Below, piece after piece: positions 1 through 7,584 of a stretch of DNA of 34,629 nucleotides. The notes beneath the pieces are model-generated. The model saw nothing but the letters and a program-made list of their open reading frames with translations. It did no database searches and had not been told where the DNA came from. The translations under genes were made by a program, and so were the position numbers. Source of the stretch: Deltaproteobacteria bacterium (GTDB lineage Bacteria; Myxococcota_A; UBA796; CAJQPC01); assembly GCA_016719515.1 (NCBI GenBank), contig JADJYZ010000037.1, positions 1 to 34,629 on the forward strand, given 5' to 3'. Positions within the stretch are counted from its first letter, which is position 1, and each line of letters opens with the position of its first letter.

Positions 1-67
1 GAGGCGTTGTTCTCGACCGAGAGGGTGCCTTCCACCGAGGAGAGGGCGTCGAGGCCCGAGAGGCTCG

Positions 68-1237
68 TCAGCGCGCCGTTGTCGCGGACATAGATCTCCC
101 CGCCACAGAGGAGAGGGCGTCGAGGCCGGAGAGGCTCGTGAGCGAGCGTTGTTGTCCGCAAAGGCCCCCTTCGACTGTGGAGAGTCCCTCGAGGCCGGAC
201 AGGCTTGTCAGCGCGCCGTTGCCATAGATGTAGAGGTCCCCGGTGACGGAGGAGAGGCCCCCAAGGCCCGAGAGGCTCGTCAGCGCGGGGTTGCTGTAGA
301 CATCGATGGCCACCTCTACGAAGGAGAGCCCGTCGAGGCCCGCCAAGCTCGTCAGCGCGAGGTTGCCCTCGACGAAGACGCCCCAGCTCACCGAGGTGAG
401 GCCCTCAATGCCCGAGAGGCTCGTGAGCGAGGGGTTGTCGAAGACCGCGAGGCTCCCCCCCAACGAGGAGAGGCGCCCAAGCCCCTCGAAGCTCTCCAGC
501 GTCTCATTGCCCGTGATCTCAACGTCCTCGACCACATAGGTGAGGCCATCCAGCCCAGAGAGGCTCGTCAACAATGGATTAGAATCAATGAAGACTCTCC
601 CGTCTACAGTGGTGAGGCCCTCCAGGCCCGAGAGGCTCGTCAGCTTCTGATTGCGGGAGATGTAGACGTCGCCTCCAACGGTGGTGAGTCCCTCAAGCCC
701 ATCGAGGCTCGTCAGCACGTCGTTGAAGAGGATGTAGAGGTCTCCGCCCACTGTGGAGAGGTTCTCAAGGCCGACGAGGTTCGTCAGGTAGGGGCTGACG
801 GGGAGGTTGAGCTTCCCGCCGACGGCGGTGAGACAGCCCAAGGTGGCGACCTCCTCTTGCGTGGCGAGCGAGAGGGCGAGCTGGCCGCTGACGCTCCGCG
901 TACAATACCCCGGGCAGAAGTCCGCAAAATCCCCCATCAGATCTCCCTCAAGCTCATCATGGGGCAGCCACCCCAGCGGGTCTGTGTCGTCACAGTCGTC
1001 TGCGAGCCCGAACCCGTCGCCGTCCCCGTCGTCGTCCAGCGTGCTGGGATCGCAGTCGTTGTCTACGCCGTCGAAGGGCAGCTCTTCGCCGCCTACGGCC
1101 GGGTCGGCGTCGTCGCAGTCCTCCGCCGCGACGAGGCCGTCACCGTCCGCGTCTTGGGGATCGGTCTGGGGGTCGTCCCCCCTCGATGGGTCGGCGCATG
1201 CGGAGAGGAGGAGGGCGAAGGTGAAGGAGAGACGCAT
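68..1237 (-). CDS. LRR-like repeat lipoprotein with MopE-like Asp/Cys metal-binding motif. The 3' end appears frameshifted and the repeat array continues to window position 1 in another frame.
   Basis: The N-terminus MRLSFTFALLLSAC fits a signal peptide plus lipobox. DCDD/DNDCD motifs follow. After those come roughly 22-aa repeats (LTSLSGLEGLTTVGGDVYISRN...). The 5' leader is homologous to that of the next gene. In another frame, positions 1..101 still encode perfect repeat units (GEIYVRDNGALTSLSGLDALSSVEGTLSVENNA). Confidence 0.7.
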   Translation of the reverse strand: MRLSFTFALLLSACADPSRGDDPQTDPQDADGDGLVAAEDCDDADPAVGGEELPFDGVDNDCDPSTLDDDGDGDGFGLADDCDDTDPLGWLPHDELEGDLMGDFADFCPGYCTRSVSGQLALSLATQEEVATLGCLTAVGGKLNLPVSPYLTNLVGLENLSTVGGDLYILFNDVLTSLDGLEGLTTVGGDVYISRNQKLTSLSGLEGLTTVDGRVFIDSNPLLTSLSGLDGLTYVVEDVEITGNETLESFEGLGRLSSLGGSLAVFDNPSLTSLSGIEGLTSVSWGVFVEGNLALTSLAGLDGLSFVEVAIDVYSNPALTSLSGLGGLSSVTGDLYIYGNGALTSLSGLEGLSTVEGGLCGQQRSLTSLSGLDALSSVAGRSMSATTAR

Positions 1238-1366
1238 CGTGGCTCCGACATGATCCGCTCGGCGGGATCAGGAGGTTCATCCTCCCTGAGTCGCCGATCG
1301 GCGCATCCGATCATACAAAATTGTGACTCAAGCGCCAAGCGCCAAGCTCCAGGCGCAGGGGAGGCT

Positions 1367-3928
1367 TTAGCTCGGGCAGGTGCCGAGGTTGTTGTTGTTG
1401 GTCAGCGTGCCGCCAAAGGAGCTGAGCTGGGCGACGAGGGCGTCTACGTCGTCTTCACAGAGGTCGTCATTGTATCGGATCGTGAGGTCTCCGCCCACCG
1501 TGGTGAGGCCGTCGAGGCCCGAGAGGCTCGTCAGCGCGTCGTCGTTCTGAAGGGTGAGGGCCCCGCCCACCGAGGACAGCCCGCTGAGGCCCCAGAGGTC
1601 GGTCAGCGCGGGGTTGTTGAGGATGTACAGGTCTTCGCTCACGGAGCTGACGCCTTCGAGGCCCGAGAGGCTCGTCAGCGCGGGGTGATCTGTGATGTAC
1701 AGGAGCCCGCTCACGGCGGAGAGGCCGCCAAGCGCGGAGAGGCTGGTGAGCGAGGCGTTCGTCTCAAGGTACACGTGCCCGCCTACGGAGGTGAGGCCTT
1801 CGAGGCCCGAGAGGCTCGTCAGCGCGGGGTTCTCGTAGACCGCGAGGTCCCCGCCGAGGGCCGTGAGGCCGTCGAGGCCCATGAAGCTCAGCAGCGCGTC
1901 GTTGCCCACGACGGAGAGGTCGTCGCCAACAAAGCTGAGGCCCTCAAGGCCGGTGAGGCTCGTCAGCCCGTCGCTGCCGTTGATGGTGATCGTCCCGCCC
2001 ACAGAGGACAGGCCATCGAGGCCCGAGAGGTTCGTCAGGCCGTCGTTGTTGTACAGGCTGAGGTCACCCCCGACGGTCAGGACACCTTCTAGGCCCGTGA
2101 GGCTCGTCAGCGCCCCGCTGCTGGTGATGTCGAGCGTCCCGCCCACGCTGGTGAGGCCCGAGAGCGCCGAGAGGCTCGTCAGCGCGGGGTGTGTGCTGAT
2201 GGTGAGATCCCCGCCCACGCCGGTGAGGCCCTCCAGGCCGGTGAGGCTCGTTAAACGAGGGTGGGCGCCGATAATCAGCCGTCCACCGACCGAGGTGAGG
2301 CCCGAGAGGCCCGAGATGCTTGACAGGTTGCTGTTGGAGGTGATCAACAGGCCTCCCGCCAACGAGGTGAGGCCCTCAAGGCCGGTGAGACGCTCCAATG
2401 CGTAGTTTCCGAAGATGTGAGTCTCCCCACCGATGAAGGTCAGGCCCGAGAGCCCCGAGAGGTCTGAGAGCTGATAATTGTAGTCAATGGTGACGTCTCC
2501 ACCCACGGAGGAGAGGTTCTCAAGGCCCGAGAGGGTGGTTATCGTCCTGTTGCTGTACACGATGAGATCCCCGTCGATGGCGGTGAGACAGGTCAAGGCG
2601 GCGACGTCGGTGGTCTTGGCGGCGGAGAGGTCCAGATCTCCGCCGATGCGCCGCTCACAGTACCCCGTGCAGAAGAAGGAGGTGAAGCTGGCGCCCAGAT
2701 CGCCAGAGTACGTGTCAAGGGCCAGCCACCCGAGCGGGTTGGTGTCGTCGCAGTCGTCCGCCACGGCGAAGCCGTCGCCGTCGAGGTCATCGTCGGCGGT
2801 GCTCGGATCACAGTCGTTGTCGACGCCGTCATAGGTGATCTCGACCGCGTCGGGGCTCACCGCCGAGTCGCCGTCGTCGCAATCGTCCGCCGCGACGAGG
2901 CCGTCGCCGTCGAGGTCGTCGTCGGGGGTGCTCGAATCACAGTCGTTGTCGACGCCGTCGTAGGGTAGCTCTGCGCCGCCCACGGTTGAGTCGCCGTCGT
3001 CGCAGTCCGCCGCCGCGACGAGGCCGTCGCCGTCGAGGTCGTCGTCGGGGGTGCTCGAATCACAGTCGTTGTCGACGCCGTCGTAGGGTAGCTCGGCGCC
3101 GCCTACGGTGGAGTCGCCGTCGTCGCAGTCCGCCGCCGCGACGAGGCCGTCGCCGTCGAGGTCGTCGTCGGGGGTGCTCGGATCACAGTCGTTGTCGACG
3201 CCGTCGTAGGGTAGCTCGGCGCCACCTACGGTTGAGTCGCCGTCGTCGCAGTCGTCCGCCGCGACGAGGCCGTCGCCGTCGAGGTCGTCGTCGGGGGTGC
3301 TCGGATCACAGTCGTTGTCGACGCCGTCGTAGGGCAGCTCTGCGCCGCCTACGGCTGAGTCGCCGTCGTCGCAGTCGTCCGCCGCGACGAGGCCGTCGCC
3401 GTCGAGGTCATCGTCGGGGGTGCTCGGATCACAGTCGTTGTCGACGCCGTCGTAGGGTAGCTCGGCGCCGCCTACGGTTGAGTCGCCGTCGTCGCAGTCG
3501 TCCGCCGCGGCGAGGCCGTCGCCGTCGAGGTCGTCATCAGGGGTGCTCGGATCACAGTCGTTGTCGACGCCGTCGTAGGGCAGCTCGGCGCCGCCCACGG
3601 TGGAGTCGCCGTCGTCACAGTCGTCCGCCGCGACGAGGCCGTCGCCGTCGAGGTCGTCGTCGGGGGTGCTCGGATCACAGTCGTTGTCGACGCCGTCGTA
3701 GGGCAGCTCTTCGCCGCCCACGGCGGGGTCGCCGTCGTCGCAGTCGTCCGCCGCGACGAGGCCGTCGCCGTCGCCGTCCTGGGGCTCGGTGTCATCCTGC
3801 TTGTCCTCCGCGGGCTCTTTGTCGCCGCAGGCGGAGAGGAGGCTGAGGGCGAGCGCGGCGGCGAGGAGCGGGCGCATCGGGGCTCCAACGGTGATCCCGT
3901 CGATGGGACCGTGCGTGTACGACACCAT
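1367..3928 (-). CDS. Large surface lipoprotein with eight tandem 41-aa MopE-like putative metal-binding repeats, a Cys-containing cap, about 20 LRR-like 22-aa repeats and a Cys-flanked C-terminal tail.
   Basis: Signal peptide and lipobox (LSLLSACGDKEP). Repeats of the form DGDGLVAADDCDDGDSTVGGAELPYDGVDNDCDPSTPDDDL. A cap with FFCTGYCERR. LRR-like units (LTSLSGLEGLTSVGG-L-I--N). Tail of the form CEDDVDALVAQLSSFGGTLTNNNNLGTCPS. GC3-rich codon usage. Confidence 0.85.
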   Translation of the reverse strand: MVSYTHGPIDGITVGAPMRPLLAAALALSLLSACGDKEPAEDKQDDTEPQDGDGDGLVAADDCDDGDPAVGGEELPYDGVDNDCDPSTPDDDLDGDGLVAADDCDDGDSTVGGAELPYDGVDNDCDPSTPDDDLDGDGLAAADDCDDGDSTVGGAELPYDGVDNDCDPSTPDDDLDGDGLVAADDCDDGDSAVGGAELPYDGVDNDCDPSTPDDDLDGDGLVAADDCDDGDSTVGGAELPYDGVDNDCDPSTPDDDLDGDGLVAAADCDDGDSTVGGAELPYDGVDNDCDSSTPDDDLDGDGLVAAADCDDGDSTVGGAELPYDGVDNDCDSSTPDDDLDGDGLVAADDCDDGDSAVSPDAVEITYDGVDNDCDPSTADDDLDGDGFAVADDCDDTNPLGWLALDTYSGDLGASFTSFFCTGYCERRIGGDLDLSAAKTTDVAALTCLTAIDGDLIVYSNRTITTLSGLENLSSVGGDVTIDYNYQLSDLSGLSGLTFIGGETHIFGNYALERLTGLEGLTSLAGGLLITSNSNLSSISGLSGLTSVGGRLIIGAHPRLTSLTGLEGLTGVGGDLTISTHPALTSLSALSGLTSVGGTLDITSSGALTSLTGLEGVLTVGGDLSLYNNDGLTNLSGLDGLSSVGGTITINGSDGLTSLTGLEGLSFVGDDLSVVGNDALLSFMGLDGLTALGGDLAVYENPALTSLSGLEGLTSVGGHVYLETNASLTSLSALGGLSAVSGLLYITDHPALTSLSGLEGVSSVSEDLYILNNPALTDLWGLSGLSSVGGALTLQNDDALTSLSGLDGLTTVGGDLTIRYNDDLCEDDVDALVAQLSSFGGTLTNNNNLGTCPS
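2790..3780. repeat. Tandem 123-bp (41-codon) near-identical direct repeats, about 8.4 copies, inside the lipoprotein gene.
   Basis: Near-identical nucleotide blocks recur with 123-bp period. An example block is gagtcgccgtcgtcgcagtcgtccgccgcgacgaggccgtcgccgtcgaggtcgtcgtcgggggtgctcggatcacagtcgttgtcgacgccgtcgtagggtagctcggcgccgcctacggtt. Confidence 0.8.
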
Positions 3929-3969
3929 GGAGGCCGCAACAGGCGGGATGGATCACCCCCTCGTGAGGC

Positions 3970-4062
3970 TCAGGAGCTCGGGCAGGTGCCGGATTTTTTG
4001 CCGTTGACCACCGAGCCCGAGAAGGCGGTGAGCCGGGCGAGGAGCGCGTCCACCTCCTCGCC
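3970..4062 (-). pseudogene. Relic 3' end of a third LRR-lipoprotein paralog. It encodes ...EEVDALLARLTAFSGSVVNGKKSGTCPSS followed by a stop.
   Basis: Translation of the minus strand gives a tail homologous to the C-terminus of the 1367..3928 product (EDDVDALVAQLSSFGGTLTNNNNLGTCPS). The upstream residues in the same frame (APPSLRRHPRG, reaching into the poly-G tract) are not repeat-like, and no upstream gene body is attached. Confidence 0.5.
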
Positions 4063-4094
4063 GCGAGGGTGGCGTCGTAGAGAGGGTGGTGCTT

Positions 4095-4112
4095 GGGGGG
4101 GGGGGGGGGGGG
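4095..4112. repeat. Homopolymeric G tract of 18 nt in the upstream region of the lipoprotein gene.
   Basis: The run of G is read directly from the sequence. Confidence 0.9.
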
Positions 4113-4151
4113 CCATCCAGCCCATCGGTCAGCGAAGCCCGTGTTGTTCGA

Positions 4152-4168
4152 GGGGGGGGGGGCCCCCC
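4152..4168. repeat. G11-C6 homopolymer pair.
   Basis: The sequence aggggggggggggcccccctc is read directly. It is 40 nt downstream of the G18 tract. Confidence 0.9.
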
Positions 4169-4271
4169 TCTGCGCGGCGTTGTCAACGCCATGGAGACGC
4201 GGGGCGTGGCGCCTCAACGCCGACCTCCCGTCTCAGCGGGCCGGGGCGCGGGGCCCGCTAAGCCGGAGCCA

Positions 4272-5804
4272 CTACGCAGGCACCCCCGCCGCCACCGTCA
4301 ACGCCGGCCGCGGCGACTCCTCCCCGCGCGCCGCCCGCGCCACGGAGTGCGGCGCGAACTCCGCGAACGCCCGCTTGTAGTCGGCAAACGCGCCCCCCGC
4401 GCGCACGGCGTGCATCACCGCGAGGCCGGTCTGGGCGTCGCCCTGGGCCAACACCGCCTCCACCCAGGCCCAGCGGGCGGAGGTGGCGCGCAGCTCGACG
4501 CGGCCGCGGCTGGGCTTAAACGCCGTCTCCAGGCGCTTGAGGCGGGACTCCACCACCTTGAGGCCCACGAAGCCGTCATTGAGCATGGGCGTGTTGAGCT
4601 TGGGCACGAAGGGCGCCATGCCGATGGCGACGGGGTGGATCGCGCCGAGCTCCAAGGAGAAGCGCACGAGCTCGTCGAGATCGGCGTCGGTCTCGCCGGG
4701 CACGCCGATCATCATGTAGACCTTGAGCACCTTGTAGCGGTGCTCGGCGGCCTGGCGGGCGCAGTCGATGAGGTGCTGCTCGGTGGTGCCTTTGGACATC
4801 TCCCGGCGTAGGCGCTGGCTCGCGGCGTCTGAGGCCACGGTGAGGGTGCTGTAGCCGCCTTGGCGCAGAAGCTCGGCGATGCGGGGCTTGCGGGCCACAC
4901 GGTCGGCGCGCAGGGAGCTGATGCCGACGCCCTTTCCGGCGGCGATCAGCGCCTCTAAGATGGGCACCAGCTCGGGGTGATCGGAGATCGCCGCGCCGAC
5001 GAGGCCCACCCGGGGGGCGTAGTCGGGGACGAGGGAGAGCACGCGGTCGGCGGTGACCAGGCGCATCCCGCCGTTCGTGCTGCGGCGCATCACGCAGAAG
5101 GTGCACTGGCGATGGCAGCCGCGCTCCCCCTCCAGCAGAAACATGCTGGAGAGCTCGGCGTCGGGGGCGATGATGCGGCTGCGGGCGGGGAGCTCGGCGT
5201 CGGAGGCCTTGGCGATGGTGGGCAGGCGGTCGCCGTCGCGGTCGGGCAGGTAACCGCCGGGCAGGGCGGCCACGGCGGCGCGCAGGGCGTCCAAGCCGCC
5301 GGAGATCGCGGCCTCGACGGCGGGCACCACCGTCTCCTCAGCCTCGCCCAAGAGCATGGCGTCGACAAACGGCGCGGCGGGGAGCGGGTTCGAGAAGGTG
5401 AGCGGGCCGCCGAGCAGCACCAGGGGGTCGTAGCCCGTGCGATCTTCGCGGCGGGCGGGGATGCCCGCGAGCTCGAAGGCCGTGAGCATCCCGGCGAGCT
5501 CAAGCTCGTAGGCCAAAGACACGCCGATGATGGGGAAGTCCCGCAGCGGGGTCTGCGTCTCGTAGGTGCACAGGGGCAGGCGGGAGCGGCGCCAGGCGTC
5601 TACGTCGTCGGGTAAAAACGCGCGCTCGACGGCGAACCCGGCGCGGGTGAGCAGCTCGTGAATCCACTGGAAGCCAAGGGACGACATGCCCGCGCGGTAC
5701 GGCGAGGGGTAGAGCAGGGCCACGCGCGCCTGACCGGGGGTGAAGCCCGGCCCACGCTCGCGGGCGAGGCGCTCGACGATCGGCTCGTTGTGCTTCCAGG
5801 GCAT
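4272..5804 (-). CDS. Radical SAM protein with an N-terminal B12-binding-like domain, of the TIGR03960-like uncharacterised rSAM family.
   Basis: CxxxCxxC motif (CHRQCTFC). The N-terminal RVALLYPSPYRAGMSSLGFQWIHELL matches the conserved start of this family. Confidence 0.85.
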   Translation of the reverse strand: MPWKHNEPIVERLARERGPGFTPGQARVALLYPSPYRAGMSSLGFQWIHELLTRAGFAVERAFLPDDVDAWRRSRLPLCTYETQTPLRDFPIIGVSLAYELELAGMLTAFELAGIPARREDRTGYDPLVLLGGPLTFSNPLPAAPFVDAMLLGEAEETVVPAVEAAISGGLDALRAAVAALPGGYLPDRDGDRLPTIAKASDAELPARSRIIAPDAELSSMFLLEGERGCHRQCTFCVMRRSTNGGMRLVTADRVLSLVPDYAPRVGLVGAAISDHPELVPILEALIAAGKGVGISSLRADRVARKPRIAELLRQGGYSTLTVASDAASQRLRREMSKGTTEQHLIDCARQAAEHRYKVLKVYMMIGVPGETDADLDELVRFSLELGAIHPVAIGMAPFVPKLNTPMLNDGFVGLKVVESRLKRLETAFKPSRGRVELRATSARWAWVEAVLAQGDAQTGLAVMHAVRAGGAFADYKRAFAEFAPHSVARAARGEESPRPALTVAAGVPA

Positions 5805-5881
5805 AGACTTCCTGCGAGGGGGGATGTACAGGTTATGAAGGTTCGAGCCCGCGCGCCCGCGCTTGTGAGGATTCTCCCCCT

Positions 5882-6616
5882 ATGCTGTCGTCCCTCGCCG
5901 TGCTGCTCCTGGGTCTAGCCCCCGCTGAGGCCGCGGAGTCCGTCTCCCTCCGTTACCTGCTCGCCGTCGATGGTGAGGTCATCGGGCACCGCGATCTCAA
6001 GATCAACTACCTGCCCACGGACTCCGGCGAGCTGCGGCTCATGGAGTCGTTCACCGAGCTCACCTTCTCCATCGCCGGGCAGCCCTACACCTACAAGCAG
6101 CGCCTCGGCGGCCTGGGCGGCGGCAACTTCAGCTCGGCGATCAGCGACAACGGCACCGGCCGCGAGGTGCAGGCCGTGCGATCCAGCCTCGGCTGGACGG
6201 TCACCGTCGCTGAGGGCAAGACGGCGGAGGTCTACGCCTTGGGCCCCGCGGCCTTTGACCTCACCTCCCTCTCCTTGCTCGATCCCGCCGTGGCCGAGAG
6301 CCTCGCCGGGCGCAGCACGCTCAAGGTGCTCGTCGCCGAGACCGGCGGCGTGATGGAGGGCCCCCTTCGCCAGGCCGCCGACGTGCAGATCAAGCTCGGC
6401 GGCCAGATGATCACCTGCGACGAGTACGTCTGGAGCGTGCCCGAGGGTGAGGTCCGCCTGGACTACGGCCCTGAGGGCCACCTGATGCGCTACACCACCC
6501 GGGTCGCGGGCAAGGTCATCACCGCGACGCTGGACCGCCCTCCCCCGCCGCGCACCTACGGCACGACCATGGACGGGCCGCTGATTCAGTCGAGCGTCGG
6601 CGAAGAGACGCTCTAA
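5882..6616 (+). CDS. Secreted hypothetical protein.
   Basis: Signal peptide MLSSLAVLLLGLAPAEAAES. Non-artefactual composition. Divergent from the rSAM gene. Confidence 0.7.
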   Translation: MLSSLAVLLLGLAPAEAAESVSLRYLLAVDGEVIGHRDLKINYLPTDSGELRLMESFTELTFSIAGQPYTYKQRLGGLGGGNFSSAISDNGTGREVQAVRSSLGWTVTVAEGKTAEVYALGPAAFDLTSLSLLDPAVAESLAGRSTLKVLVAETGGVMEGPLRQAADVQIKLGGQMITCDEYVWSVPEGEVRLDYGPEGHLMRYTTRVAGKVITATLDRPPPPRTYGTTMDGPLIQSSVGEETL

Positions 6617-7581
6617 ACGCCGCTGATCGCCTCCTCAAGGGCCCGGCGCACCTCAACCCGCACCATCTTCTTGCGCCAGGGCGCGGGCCAGACATGCGTC
6701 GAGAGCGGGCTCACCTGCTTATACGCGGCCTCGGCCACGGCCTCGACGCCGCCCGCCTCCCAGGCCTCGGCCACGCCGCCCAGCTCCACCGGGCGCGGGC
6801 CCACGGACGAGACGACCACGCGGGGGCCCCGATCCGGGTCAAAGGCCGCCGCCGTGAGCAAGAGCGGGTAGTCGATGCTGCCCCGGGCGCGCAGCTTGCG
6901 GTGAACCACACGGCCCGCGGGCGGCGGGGGCAAGATCACGGCGGTGAGCAGCTCATCCGGGGCGCGGCGGATCCAGTCGCGGCCGTCGTCGCCATACAGC
7001 GCGGCGACGGCCACCCGCCGGGCGCCCCGCGTAGACACCAGCTCCACCTCGGCGTCATAGAGCAGGAGCCCCGGCGCGGTGTCGGCGGAGTGCGCGGCGT
7101 AACAGCCCTTGCCTTTGGGGGCGACGTGGCAGATCGCCCCCTCGGGCGCGCTGTGGCACTTCAAGCAGCCGCCGAGCGCCCCCCGCCAGAACGTCGACTG
7201 GTTGTACCAGGCGCAGCGGGTGTCGAGCATCAGGTTGCCGCCCAGGGTGCCCATGGCCTGAATCGTAGACGTGGCGATGGTGCGTGTGGCGGCGGCCAAG
7301 GCCGGGTACAGGCTCAACACCCGCACGTCCCGACCCACCGCCCGCAGCGTGACGCCGGCGCCGATGCGTAGGCCGCCCGCCTCGGTGACGGAGATCTCTT
7401 GCAGCGCCGACACCCCACCCAGACGGATGAGCGTCGGCGGGGTGAACAGACCGTACTTCATCGAGGGCAGAAGATCCGTGCCCCCAGCGATGAGCCGGGC
7501 CTGGGGGTGGTCGGTCAGCATCTGCGCGGCGTCGGAGACGGCGCGGGGCGAGAGCACAGAGAAGGTCGGCAGCGGCAGCAT
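6613..7581 (-). CDS. Xanthine dehydrogenase family FAD-binding subunit (CoxM/XdhB-like).
   Basis: The N-terminal LIAGGTDLLPSMK motif is typical of FAD-binding molybdopterin dehydrogenase subunits. It is last in an S-L-M operon. Confidence 0.9.
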   Translation of the reverse strand: MLPLPTFSVLSPRAVSDAAQMLTDHPQARLIAGGTDLLPSMKYGLFTPPTLIRLGGVSALQEISVTEAGGLRIGAGVTLRAVGRDVRVLSLYPALAAATRTIATSTIQAMGTLGGNLMLDTRCAWYNQSTFWRGALGGCLKCHSAPEGAICHVAPKGKGCYAAHSADTAPGLLLYDAEVELVSTRGARRVAVAALYGDDGRDWIRRAPDELLTAVILPPPPAGRVVHRKLRARGSIDYPLLLTAAAFDPDRGPRVVVSSVGPRPVELGGVAEAWEAGGVEAVAEAAYKQVSPLSTHVWPAPWRKKMVRVEVRRALEEAISGV

Positions 7582-7584
7582 AGC

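Noticed and set aside
149-2092. 647-aa plus-strand ORF, and likewise 2986..3846 (+), 8146..9435 (+), 17690..19234 (-), 19261..20442 (+), 20548..21630 (+), 22396..23466 (+), 22697..23944 (+), 23340..24476 (-), 25232..26353 (+), 29493..30833 (-) and 31526..32140 (-).
   Set aside because: They are Arg/Pro/Gly/Ala-rich low-complexity translations lying antisense to genes with clear conserved domains. Open reading frames like these are expected in 70%-GC DNA because stop codons are rare. I see no domain signatures in them.
2790-3780. Regular direct repeats that could be mistaken for a CRISPR array.
   Set aside because: The period is 123 bp with no unique spacers. The repeats are in frame and encode a 41-aa protein motif within a long ORF.
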